A stretch of DNA of 63,570 nt, filler included, from Octopus bimaculoides (taxonomy: Eukaryota): NCBI RefSeq assembly GCF_001194135.2. It is 7 parts of 7 records of this genome, joined end to end, with 100 filler letters (N's around TTAATTAATTAA, not from the genome) between each part and the next. Parts side by side here need not be neighbours in the genome. Positions count along the whole stretch, not along the records: positions 28,102 to 40,564 come from NC_069008.1; positions 40,665 to 44,118 come from NC_068993.1; positions 44,219 to 49,775 come from NC_068989.1; positions 49,876 to 53,990 come from NC_068995.1; 3 more parts are not named here. The stretch is one strand, 5' to 3'. Below the pieces are notes generated by a model that saw nothing but the letters and a program-made list of their open reading frames with translations, was not told where the DNA came from and did not search any database. Positions 38,500-51,826 of the stretch are shown piece after piece; positions within the stretch are counted from its first letter, which is position 1, and each line of letters begins with the position of its first letter. Both the position numbers and the translations under genes were made by a program.

Positions 38500-40021
38500 C
38501 TGTAGGCAGAAAGAGAAGAATGTCAACAGTGGTAATATCAACAACAACAATAAGGGGACAGAGAAGAAACCTCAAGGATATTATACATATATATATAATA
38601 TTCTTTTGTTTGTTTCAGTCATTTGACTGCGGTCATGCTGGAGCACTGCCTTAAAGGATGTTAGTCAAAGAAATCAACTTCAGGACTTATTCTTTGTTAG
38701 CTTAGTTCTCATTCCATTGGTGTTTTTTGCCAAATTGCTAAGTTACAGGAACATAAACACACCAACGTCAGTTGTCAAATGATGCAGGTGAACAAACACA
38801 GATACACAAATGTATATATCATCATCATCATCGTTTAACGTCCGCTTTCCATGCTAGCATGGGTTGGACGATTTGACTGAGGACTGGTGAAACCGGATGG
38901 CAACACCAGGCTCCAGTCTGATTTGGCAGAGTTTCTACAGCTGGATGCCCTTCCNNNNNNNNNNNNNNNNNNNNNNNNNNNNNNNNNNNNNNNNNNNNNN
39001 NNNNNNNNNNNNNNNNNNNNNNNNNNNNNNNNNNNNNNNNNNNNNNNNNNNNNNNNNNNNNNNNNNNNNNNNNNNNNNNNNNNNNNNNNNNNNNNNNNNN
39101 NNNNNNNNNNNNNNNNNNNNNNNNNNNNNNNNNNNNNNNNNNNNNNNNNNNNNNNNNNNNNNNNNNNNNNNNNNNNNNNNNNNNNNNNNNNNNNNNNNNN
39201 NNNNNNNNNNNNNNNNNNNNNNNNNNNNNNNNNNNNNNNNNNNNNNNNNNNNNNNNNNNNNNNNNNNNNNNNNNNNNNNNNNNNNNNNNNNNNNNNNNNN
39301 NNNNNNNNNNNNNNNNNNNNNNNNNNNNNNNNNNNNNNNNNNNNNNNNNNNNNNNNNNNNNNNNNNNNNNNNNNNNNNNNNNNNNNNNNNNNNNNNNNNN
39401 NNNNNNNNNNNNNNNNNNNNNNNNNNNNNNNNNNNNNNNNNNNNNNNNNNNNNNNNNNNNGTGTGTGTTTGAGTGTCTCTGTTTGTCCCCGTAGCATTGC
39501 TTGAAACCGATGCTGGTGTGTTTACGTCCCTGTCACTTAGCGGTTCGGCAAAAGAGACCAATAGAATAAGTACTAGGCTTACAAAGAATAAGTCCCGGGG
39601 GTCGATTTGCTCGACTAAAGGTGGTGCTCCAGCATGGCCGCAGCCAAATGACTGAAACAAGTAAAAGAAAAAAGAGAGATATATATATCCTAACTACAAG
39701 GCCATGTGCTTTCATTGATGATGATAAATACACAGTCCTCAGTCAAATCGTCCAACCCATGCTAGTATGGAAAGCAGACGTTAAATGATGATGATGATGA
39801 TGATGCTGACACCCACAGTCACACACACATAGACATGCTCTCTCATATTCACAATTACACACATAACCTTTCTTAGGCATACACACATAAATTACACACA
39901 CACACACACATACATACACATACACACCTACGTAGACATCCTCCTTCAGATTCACAATCACACGCAAACACTCAACTTTTCTTAGACATATACACATATA
40001 AACACATACACATCCTCTCTA

Positions 40022-40068
<47 letters not shown>

Positions 40069-40155
40069 CTCATGCTAACACATACACTACTCACTTAGAC
40101 ACACATGCACAGACTAAGACTAATGCCACAAGAACCAAGTATAAAATGAAATTAC

Positions 40156-40257
40156 CTTCACATCGGTGCCATCGGTGGGCATGAACTCTTCGTATATGTA
40201 GGACCCTGTTTTTCGTACCTTGTTAATTGGGGAGTATACACTACTTCGAGCGCCAAT
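40156..40257 (-). CDS. PPIP5K: PPIP5K exon (kinase domain; first visible exon)
   Basis: tctttacag|[34 protein letters not shown]|gtaatt; 102 nt. Confidence 0.97.
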
Positions 40258-40664
40258 CTGTAAAGAAGAAAAGGTTTTCACAATAAGAACAGAGAACACA
40301 ACCTCTAACGAGATAACTAAGAATCCCCTTTACATCAGCACACCTGGTTCTGCCCGCTTTCTTATACCTCTCTCTCTCTCTCTCTCTCACTGGGTAACCA
40401 TGTACCTCCTCTCCAGCAAGACACCTATTTCTGCCTCTCTCTCTCTCTCTCTGTCACACTCTAACCTTTCATCCTCTGAGACAAGTTCCCTTCCTCAAAT
40501 ATATATGAATACAATAACATCCATAGATATACATATACGTTTATATATATATATATATATATATNNNNNNNNNNNNNNNNNNNNNNNNNNNNNNNNNNNN
40601 NNNNNNNNTTAATTAATTAANNNNNNNNNNNNNNNNNNNNNNNNNNNNNNNNNNNNNNNNNNNN

Positions 40665-40935
40665 AAAAAGGAGGTAATGTTGTGAGTCTGTAGGTTTGTG
40701 GTAGATGTCGGTTGTGATTTGGTTATTAGGTGTTTTTATAATTAAGAGATCAAGAAAAGGGAGATGATGTTTGCTGAATTCCATAGTGAATTGAATGCTG
40801 GGATGTATGTTATTAAGTATGGATTTGAATTCTAGAAGTTTTTCATAGGATTCCTTCCATATGATGAAACAATCATCCAAATATCTTTTCCAGTTATCCA
40901 TTAAAAATATGTGGAAAAGGTGTCCAAATTTCTGG
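40665..40935 (-). pseudogene. Penelope-like element reverse transcriptase fragment
   Basis: WKRYLDDCFIIW...LNNIHPSIQFTME...LPFLDLLI...TDIYHKPTDSQHYL, the characteristic PLE RT domain 5-7/thumb motifs; runs into a gap. Confidence 0.9.
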
Positions 40936-43900
40936 CGTGAGGTTTCACATGGTGTTAATTAAAAAAAACCCGAACGTGTGTACGCGCGCACACGCGGATG
41001 CCTGTATGTAGGTAATAGCATTCTTTTTGCTAAAACTTTAAAAATTTTGTTCGGTTTTTGTAATTGTGCCTATTTACTTTCTACTTCTGCCTATTTATGG
41101 CCAAGAAATTATGGTTTTTGATATCCGCTGAAATAACAAAAAATGTTCGACAACCCTGAAGGATAAATATTAGTGAAAGTGAACGCTGAAGTTGCAGAAA
41201 AGCGCTAGCAATAGTGAGAGGTATTATATCACTATCATCAGTGAATTTGCCTTGTGAAAGTGTAAATGCTATGATAAGCATAAGCCGAATTTATCATTCA
41301 CTTTAGAGCACAACACGAAAATAGCAATAAGAACAACTTGTAATACATTGAAAAGCTTAATGACAGAATCAATTTTCAATATTTTCGCAGATAAACTACA
41401 AAATCACATATATTGAAAAATTTCAGAAAAAACTTAAAAACAAAGAAATGTATTGGAAAAATGAAGACAATCCTTTGTTTTAAAGACATATTTAAGAAAT
41501 AGCAATGAAAATTAAATCAACAATAATGAGGAATGTACAAAGTTTAACTTGGCTACTCTGAAAGACGGAAACAATTAGGTTAATGCTTAAAAGTAAGTTG
41601 CTACTATAGATTTCTCTTAGTTTTCAACTGCATCATTTAGTTAACTAAGGTAGCATCGGAAAAAAATTATACATTCATTATGACACAGGTTGCCAAGCTA
41701 TTTTTTGTACATTCCCCCTTATTGATTTCGGCTTCATTGATTTTTCAATTATATGTTCTTAAATCAAAAGATTTCCAAATGAATTTTTCACAATGCTTCT
41801 TCTTCATTTCAAGAGAACACCCTCACCAACAATACGTCCCCAGCCACCAATGTTGAACCAGTGTCTCGAGAGATGCCATTCTGATTAACAAAAGTGAAAA
41901 TGGAATGCTGAGATGAAGGATTGCCCAATCTTGTTATTTTCAAAGCGAAAATGTATTTTCCACAACAATGGATTGTATTATCGAAAGTACCAAAATAGTA
42001 TAATAATGATAGATGCAGTGCTGTCTTACGGGCTTTATGGGCCCCTTGGTAAAGACATGCGCTGAGGACCCCACAAACGCGACCACCAGACAAAAGGTAA
42101 TTTTAAAAAATATAATTGTAGGATAAGAAATTGAAATTTGAAAATAACCAAAAACATGTTTGACGAAATGGAATTGTATGAAATGAAGATGACAAGAAGT
42201 ATAGAAAATGAAAAGAAAAGAAAAGCTGTTCGGTTCAAATGAAAAACCAAAAAAAAAAAAAAATTGAACACGTCATATTCTAAAGCTGAAAAAGAAGTTA
42301 GTTTTCTCTGATGCGTGATCTTATGCAAAACAGATAATTTTATAATTAAAACTGTAAACCCAAACTTAAAATTTTAGAAACTATAAGGCATTTACTCGGT
42401 AGTATCTCAGTTGGGTCATTTTGTCAATAAACACGCGTAAATGTTCAGTGTCAATTTTTTAATTGTCTGATGTTTGAACATTTAACCAATTCATCGATTG
42501 TTTGACTAAATGTTCGGTCAAATGGTCAGTCAACTAGGATTGCTACCGGCCTTTAGTCACTACCTTTGACCTCAATGATTATGTTTCAACACACGAGTTC
42601 ACATAAAGAATCTTGTAAGCTAAATATAAAAGCAGAAAGTTCTTACCTTTTTCTCGTAAATATGGTCAACTTAGAGAAAGACTTCTGTGTCGAACTGAAT
42701 AATAAAGTTTGAGAAAGGCTTTATATGCCTGCGTGTGTGTGTGTGCGTGCATGTGTGTGTGTATGTATGTGTGCATGAGATCACCCGTGAGTTTCAATCA
42801 CAAGTAGATAATTCGGTGGTCATTTCTAGGTCATACGCAGTAAAAAGACTATTGAGAATTTGAACAAGAGACAACGACTTCTATCTAACTCTCGATATAA
42901 AATACATCATAATTATTACTGAAATTTACTCAGTAATGCTTCTGGCTTTCGTTCTTATGGTTATTGTTGCGTTTCATTTCTCCCTCATTTTATCACAAAT
43001 ACAGCTACATTCCTGAGGGAATTTGAATGCTTTTGGACGGGGTAAGCTATTGGATCCAGTAAACTGGTGTCACTAATGTATACAATTATTGACATTAAGC
43101 ATTAAAGAGACATCCGCTACATATTTTTAAGAAGTAGGTATATCTGTAAATCGGGGGAGGGCGTTTTCGTGCAGAATTGTCGTAAAAACAGGCGTCTCGC
43201 TACAAAGGGCCCGCCTCCACCCGTGGCAGATGGACCTTCGATATTAGGATCCTCCGATATATCTCGCTACATGCATGCAAACATACATACAAACATATGT
43301 ATATGTATGTGTATGCTTGTGTGAGTTTGTGTGTACATACACATGCTGATAAATGTATATATATGAGTGCGTATGTCTGTCACTGTGCGTGTGTATGTAT
43401 GAGTGTGTTTGTGTGTGGTGTGTACGCGCGCGCGTGTGTGTGTAATTGCATGTGGGTAGGCAGATTTGAGAGCTTCATATCTTCCTTTCATAGTCATGAA
43501 CCTGTTGTAAAGATGGAAGAGCGAGGTTCAGACTGATGAGCTACAAAATTTCAACGCCGCCTACCAAACACACACTTGCACAAACCTAATCATAAAGACA
43601 ATACATGCATGCATACATACATACATATATATTATGTATTTGTGTATCAATACATGCATTTTTAAAGGTGTCTGTTGGTCTATATCAATATTTCACATAC
43701 TATGTTTTCTCGTTAATAGCTGAATGTTACAAATAAAGCTCAATGATGTTCATATTAAAAACAACATCTGTTTATTGAAATTATATAATATTGTTTGTAC
43801 TTCGCGGGAGATTGCATATCATGTTATGTTAAGCCATTGATGGGCGGAACGTAGACAACAACACAAATATTAGTTTAGTCCTACGTTATATACAAACAAA

Positions 43901-43991
43901 AATATAAGTGTATATGTGTGTGTGTGTGTGTGTGTGCGTGTGTGAGTTTATACATATATGTATTATACACACACACACTTCTATATGTATG

Positions 43992-44077
<86 letters not shown>

Positions 44078-44242
44078 CATACCTATATATATAGAGAGAG
44101 AGAGAAAGAGAGAGAGAGNNNNNNNNNNNNNNNNNNNNNNNNNNNNNNNNNNNNNNNNNNNNTTAATTAATTAANNNNNNNNNNNNNNNNNNNNNNNNNN
44201 NNNNNNNNNNNNNNNNNNTATATATATATATACATACATACA

Positions 44243-44278
<36 letters not shown>

Positions 44279-44588
44279 TATACATGCATACATATATATA
44301 AACGTACATACATATATAAATATATACACACACACATGTAACTACACGTGTAACCGTTGTTGATATCTTCTCCGTCTTTGAACTTTTTCCTTTCTCCTTT
44401 CCAACGAAGAGTAATGCTCGAAGCGTCAAAATCTCCCTTTCCACCAAGCGTCAAGCTAGTACATTTCTTGCGAACGTCCTCCCGTTCGTTTTTTCCGTCT
44501 TCTTTAATTTGGATTGTTTATTTATTTCAATTGATTGAGTATGTGTGTATGTGTGTGTATATGTGTGTATGTGTGTGTGTGTGTGTGC

Positions 44589-44641
<53 letters not shown>

Positions 44642-44642
<1 letters not shown>

Positions 44643-44871
44643 AGCGGCGAGCTGGCAGAAACGTTAGCATGCCGGACGAAATGCTTAGCAGTATTTCGTC
44701 TGTCTTTATGTTCTGAGTTCAAATTCCGCCAAGGTCGACTTTGCCTTTCATCCTTTCGGGGTCGATAAATTAAGTACCAGTTACGTACTCGGGTCGATGT
44801 AATCGACTTAATCTCTTTGTCTGTCCTTGTTTGTCCCTCTATGTTTAGCCCCCTGTGGGCAGTAAAGAAAT

Positions 44872-44915
<44 letters not shown>

Positions 44916-47900
44916 GTATGTATATCCATCTATCAATCTATCTATCTATGCTTATATGTATAGGTGTGTGCCTATGGTGTTTGAATGCGTGTATGTGTAC
45001 ATGTGCGATTGGGTGTTTGTATTTGTTTCTCCCCGCAACTTGTTTTATTTGAAGTATCTTAAGAATCGATATTAGTTTGTACCCGTCCCCTTATCTTAGG
45101 GATTTAGCAAAAATGTAGATCGATAGATTAGTTACCAGACTTGAAAAAAAAGTAGTTGGGTCGACTTCAACGAGTAACTCTTTCAAGGTGATGCCCCAGT
45201 TTGGCCACAGTGCAACGACTGAATCCAGTAAAAGATAAGAATATTTCTAGCTGGTTCAGGTTGTCTTGTTAACATAAAGGTGTCTGAAATACAACTGAAT
45301 ATCTGTTCCATCAGTAATGTAAAGATCGTTGACGATGTTACCTGACATGATGATTCATCAATGAAATGTATCGTTAGTCTTCTTACAGATCGATCGTGTC
45401 TGTATTTTTTTCTCTTTTGCTACTCGGGCACCTTAGCAACCATTTCATAATTGCATTGGACAGAAAATCAAAACGAACAGGTGTCGCATTTTTCAGATCT
45501 TTGGCCACTCGAAATAAGTTTTTATTTATATTATTTACTAATTCGTATTTAAGGCGGCGAGATGGCAGAATCGTTAGCACGCCGGGCGAAATCCTTGTCG
45601 GTATTTGTCTGCCACTGCGTTCTGATTTCAAATTCTGCCGTGGTCGACTTTGCTTTTCATCATTTCGGAGTCGATAAATTAAGTACCATTTGCGACTGGC
45701 CCATTCCCCAAAAATTTTGGACCTTGTGCCAAGAGTAGAAAAGATTATTAATTCGTATCTTGAGTGGTGAGCTGGCAGAATCGTTACTAGACGAACAAAA
45801 CGCTTAACAGAACTGTATTTCTTCCGCAGCTCTACGTTCTGTGTTCATATTCTACTGAGGACGATTTTGCCTTTCATCCTTTCGGAGCCAATAAAATAAG
45901 TACCACTTAAACACTGGAGTCGATGTAATCGACTACCCATACCCCCATATTTCAGTCCTTGTGCTTGCAGTAGATAGAATTATCAATTCACATCTACAAA
46001 AACGGTTATAACAGCGGAGTTAATACGCTCACTATACAATCACGTATTTTCAGGTTCATTCCCACGGTGCTGCACGTTGGGCCTGTGGAGGCGCATGGTT
46101 TGCTGGTTAGGATATTGGGCTCATGATCGTAAGATTGTGGTTTCGATTCCTGGATCGGGTGTTGTGTTGTGTTCTTAAGCAAAACACTTCATTTCACGTT
46201 GCTCCAGTCCACTCAGCTGGTGAAAATGAGGTGGGAAATATATACACCTGAGAAACCTGGAAACCGACCCTGTGCTCCTTACGGAGTAATGTGGACTATC
46301 CTAGCCCCGACCAATGCCATGTGGGAGAATTTCGTAGACTGAAACTACGCGGAAGGCCTTTGGATGAAGTGTGTGAAGTCCGCGTAACCAAGCGGTCCAG
46401 TAAAAGGAGACCAATCGAACAAGTGCCAAACTTAAAATAAGTACAAGGGTCGATTTGCTTGACTAAATCATCCAAATGGCAAAGAGTTTAGAAAATTGGT
46501 CATGGTTGGGACGCCTTTAAACAATCAATGAGAACTAAACAGCGACGCGACGTCAACAACAAAAAAGTTTACCTTGAAATTACTATCACACGATTTTTTT
46601 TTCCTTGCTCTTGAGCCCTGGGACCCATAAGGTCGGTTGCTTGGTTTCCATGACGTATACGAAGGGGTGCCGAAAAGTTCCTGACTTTAAGGGTGTCGCG
46701 AAAAGCCTGGTTCGAGGCCTAACCTTTCGAGTTCTTTTTACGGGGCTTTGAAAAAATTGAAGAAGGCAAAACCAAAGTTAGAAAATCTGCAATTAGTGCG
46801 TGATTCTGAGAGAGGATTACGTTGAATAAAATCATAATTAACTGATCTTCCTTTATTTTCTTTTACCCGAAGCCAGGAACCTTTCACCATTCCACCTAAT
46901 CGGGATGCTGGTGTGTTGCAGGTTTCGATGCCTGCAGTTTTGGAAAGTGGAGACAAATCGATTGCATCGGCTCCATTACTTGGCTAGTACTTTATTTTAT
47001 CTCCTCCGAAAAGATGAACGTTAAATTAAAATTGATCTCGGCGGGGTTTGAACTCAGAATGCAAACAGACGGAAGGAAATGTTGCTAAGCATTTTGTCCG
47101 GCATGTTACCGATTATGTTAGCTCGTCGCCTTTATCAAAACTATAGAAGGGCAAATAGAAGAATAGACAACACTTTCATGTATTTCTGGAAAACACATTG
47201 ATATGTTTCTGAACAACTCACTTTTATGTTTTTGGACAAACACATTTCCGTGTTTCTGAGCAATGCGCAAAACACACTGACATGTTTTTGAACAATAACT
47301 TTTTTTTTAATGTATATTTGTGTTGCTAGGCAACAATCCAAGTATGAATAACACATTTCTTTTTAGGCAACACTCTCGCATATTTCAGGAAAACACACTG
47401 AAGTGTCTTTGAACAGCATTTTTATTTGTTTCTGGAAAACACGTTTACATGTTTATGCACAATATATTTTAGTGTTTAAGGCGGCGACTTGGCAGAAACG
47501 TTAGCACGCCGGGAGAAATGCTTAGCGGTATTTCGTTTGTCTTTACGTTCTGAGTTCAAATTCCGCCGAGGTCGACTTTGCCTTTCATCCTTTCGGCGTC
47601 GATAAATTAAGTACCAGTTACGCACTGGGGTCGATATAATCGACTTAATCCCTTTGTCTGTTCTTGTTNNNNNNNNNNNNNNNNNNNNNNNNNNNNNNNN
47701 NNNNNNNNNNNNNNNNNNNNNGGCGGCGACTTGGCAGAAACGTTAGCACGCCGGGAGAAATGCTTAGCGGTATTTCGTTTGTCTTTACGTTCTGAGTTCA
47801 AATTCCGCCGAGGTCAACTTTGCCTTTCATCTTTTCGGAGTCGATAAATTAAGTACCAGTTATGCACTGGGGTCGATGCAATCGACTTAATCCCTTTGTC

Positions 47901-48020
47901 TGTCCTTGTTTGTCCCCTCTATGTTTAGCCCCTTGTGAGCAATAAAGAAATAAGAAACGTTAGCACACCGGGCGAAATGCTCACCAGTTTGTCTTTACGT
48001 TCTGAGTTCAAATTCCACAC
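44642..48020 (+). mobile_element. Dense cluster of family A tRNA-derived SINEs (44642-44872, 45554-45750, 45765-45985, 47478-47668, 47722-47950, 47955-48020; minus copy 46975-47135). Others at 8095, 29079, 31805, 49514, 59940, 62880
   Basis: GGCGGCGA.CTGGCAGAAACGTTAGCA..CCGG.CGAAATGCTTAG...GAGTTCAAATTCCGCC.AGGTCGACTTTGCCTTTCATCCTTTCGGGGTCGATAAATTAAGTACCAG. Confidence 0.85.
46658..46899 (+). mobile_element. mariner-derived MITE
   Basis: Imperfect TIRs TACGAAGGGGTGCCGAAAAGTTCCTGACTT / AAGCCAGGAACCTTTCACCATTCCACCTA; the interior resembles a mariner C-terminus (LRGDYVE*). Confidence 0.75.
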
Positions 48021-48146
48021 ATGATTCTGAATAACACGTTTGTTCTTCGGACTACACATTTATGTCTTTCTGAACACATTTCATGCTACATATTCAATGA
48101 TTTGTGAATATATTGATTGGTTGATTAATTGATTGGACAGAATAAC

Positions 48147-48189
<43 letters not shown>

Positions 48190-49649
48190 GATGACTTCCG
48201 TTTTCTTTATTATCTCATTATTACTCCGGTGACCTGTTCACAAATCTTTATGTATCTATCTGTTTTTGTTGTTATTGCTTTTGTTGTGTTAATGACTAAC
48301 TGAAGTGATAAGAAAGGCAACGAAGTAATTAGGTATTATTGCCAGGAGCATGGCACCAGCAGAATCCCATGATCTAGTTAGGTGGCGCGACACGATTTCT
48401 TTGTCTTTAACGTGGGATTACACGTTTTGAGAGAGAGAGAGAGAGAGAAAGAAAGAGAGAGAAAGAAAGAGAGAGAGAGATGGGGAGATGCAATTGATTA
48501 AAATAGCCTCCAGACCTGATTAGTTTTGATATCTGTTTAATCGACATTGAATGGACGTAAGGTAAAAATTGTCACTTTGTTGTTGAGTATATATATAAGA
48601 ACGTCAGGGAATGTTATTTAGATGTGTGACCTGCCTCGAGGTAAACTTATGTCTTGTCTTGTCCATGCCATGAAACCTATATTAAACAAGTCGAGTGACT
48701 ACGTAGAGACCACGTTAGATTATTAAGTAGTTGAGATTGTAACGAAATGGTGAAAGAAAAGTTTACTAATCAGATTGTTGTTGCTGTTGTTTTGATCAAA
48801 GACATGCAAACTTTGGTCATTTCGACTTTTGTATATCTAACAACTACATCGTTCAATGTATCCTTCTTATCTTAAAACGGTAGCACGCTACTTGAAAGAA
48901 TTTGGCTGCTATTTCTAGCAGAACGAGAGACCTTTCAGAGCAAAGTGACAACAGAAATTCTTTGCAGTCGGTGTCTCCATTAGTCATAAATATTCACAAT
49001 TCATTTCTTATAAGTCACCTAATGAATGCTGCTGTTGTGATAACTGCCTCACTGCAGAGATAAGCTAATACTGCATAAAGACCATACTCTCGTTTTCGAT
49101 TTTTTTTTCGTGTGATTGAAGCTTTTTCTTTTCTCCTACGTCACTATTGACCTTGAATATCGCAAGTTCAATTGTTTTCTCCCTTCCATAAGAAGCCAAT
49201 ACGACAGCTTAGCTAATCGACTGATACTTCTGTTCATGAAAAGGTCAATTCTATTGTATCAGACTTAGGTGGGTTAAAATATTGATTTCTAACTTAGACA
49301 GACGCAACAACACAAATTTATTCAAGAGGAGAACGAGTTTATTTGACTACCATGCCTTTAACCGAGGGCATTTGCAAATTACGTGAAAATCGTGAAACTG
49401 AATCTGCGAATTTGTCTCTGCTTATCCAGACTCAACGTTATAGAAGACCAGTGCTTTAAAATCCTTCCTATTATTTATAAATAATAATAAGAATCATTGG
49501 TTTATGACTATGCTTTCCTTGTCTTTCATCCTTTCGGGGTCGATAAAGTAAGTACCAATCGAGGACTGAGGGCGGCGCAATCGACTTCTCCACAACTCAG
49601 AATTGTTGCCCTTGTGCCAAAATTTCAAACTATTGTTATTATTATTATT

Positions 49650-49680
<31 letters not shown>

Positions 49681-49681
49681 C

Positions 49682-49747
<66 letters not shown>

Positions 49748-49921
49748 TTTGGTTGTTGTTGTTATTAAGGCGACGNNNNNNNNNNNNNNNNNNNNNNNNN
49801 NNNNNNNNNNNNNNNNNNNTTAATTAATTAANNNNNNNNNNNNNNNNNNNNNNNNNNNNNNNNNNNNNNNNNNNNATATATATATATATCATATGCATGT
49901 ATATATGTGTGCATATGTTCA

Positions 49922-49964
<43 letters not shown>

Positions 49965-51786
49965 AGTGTGTATAGAAAATTAAGTGAGAATGCACCACCA
50001 CCACTACCTTGCTCTAGTCACCTCCTAACAAAACACAACAGAAACAGCAACAAAAAACAAAAAACAACAAATAACTAAGGAATTCAAAAGTATTGTTATA
50101 CACACCATGGTAAAGATGAAAAGAGGAAGCACATATTCAACAGACCATTTGAACTCTTATAATATATATATATATATATATATATACACTATACATGCTG
50201 TACAGACCTATAGATTCATATATACACACACACATATATATATAGACACGCACACCCATATTAAATATGGCTAAGCTGTTTGGCGGGAGTCTATAAACAT
50301 ATGGAAGCATATAATAGACAATAACTATTATATCTATCTATCTGTCATATATATATGCATATACACACATATACAAACACACACACACATAGCCTACAAA
50401 ACTGCCGGTTTGCGATAGGAAGGTAGGATATGTTTTGTTGTAAAATACATGTTTAAAGTAATCCACAAGTAGCAGCAGTAGTAGTAATGCCGGTTTCATG
50501 TGCGCCTGGCTAAGAAGTAACGAATAGTATTATGTATATTTACCAGGTAGTTGTCATGTGAATGAAATCGAATGAAATCATACTAAGAATATTTAGGACG
50601 TAAACATATATATTATACATATACTGCCCTAACTCTTCGAAACGCTTAGTTTTAGAATGGTGGCAGCTGATGAAGGAAATGTTCTCTATGTGGCCTGTGT
50701 GTTTTCTGTACTCTGTTTATTGTTCTGTTTTTCATTTTGTCCACGTTTTTTTTTTGTGACGTCCTGTACCCAAATATGCATCTATATATACATGTAGATG
50801 TAGGTATACACATACATGTACGTATATATGCATATACTCACATATTATTTGTATTATACATATACATACATGCATATACATATATATATATATANNNNNN
50901 NNNNNNNNNNNNNNNNNNNNNNNNNNNNNNNNNNNNNNNNNNNNNNNNNNNNNNNNNNNNNNNNNNNNNNNNNNNNNNNNNNNNNNNNNNNNNNNNNNNN
51001 NNNNNNNNNNNNNNNNNNNNNNNNNNNNNNNNNNNNNNNNNNNNNNNNNNNNNNNNNNNNNNNNNNNNNNNNNNNNNNNNNNNNNNNNNNNNNNNNNNNN
51101 NNNNNNNNNNNNNNNNNNNNNNNNNNNNNNNNNNNNNNNNNNNNNNNNNNNNNNNNNNNNNNNNNNNNNNNNNNNNNNNNNNNNNNNNNNNNNNNNNNNN
51201 NNNNNNNNNNNNNNNNNNNNNNNNNNNNNNNNNNNNNNNNNNNNNNNNNNNNNNNNNNNNNNNNNNNNNNNNNNNNNNNNNNNNNNNNNNNNNNNNNNNN
51301 NNNNNNNNNNNNNNNNNNNNNNNNNNNNNNNNNNNNNNNNNNNNNNNNNNNNNNNNNNNCATAGATAAAGAGTAAAGAGTATATAGGGAGAATTCACAAG
51401 ATGGATAGATATGTACATAGAGACTAAGGAGAAATTCGGGTCAGATTGGGTCATGTCGCGACTGTTTTAAGATGTAAAAAAAAAAAAAAAGTAAAAAGAA
51501 TTCTCTGTTTTGCTTCCATGCCGCCTCTCCTTCGCTTCCCGCAAATTCCATGCTTGGAAGCAGCACCAGCAATCATCCACCCTAGCTACCCAGCTATCCA
51601 TCCATTTAACCACTCACTAATTCCAGCTACCCCATCTATACTATCTAATGCTAAACACGTCATCCCTAGCGACCTTTAAGCATCAGCAAAGCTCACCTTC
51701 TCCCCTGTTAAAGGAAGCGAGGCGTTTAAATAGCGTACTAATATTGACTGACTTAGCCACTCATGCATGCAACTTGGAACTGAGGG

Positions 51787-51826
<40 letters not shown>

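Noticed and set aside
50620-50700. GAAACGC and CTGATGA motifs close together
   Set aside because: Wrong order for type I, and no convincing stem I/II for a permuted hammerhead; may be a PLE remnant but the fold is unsupported
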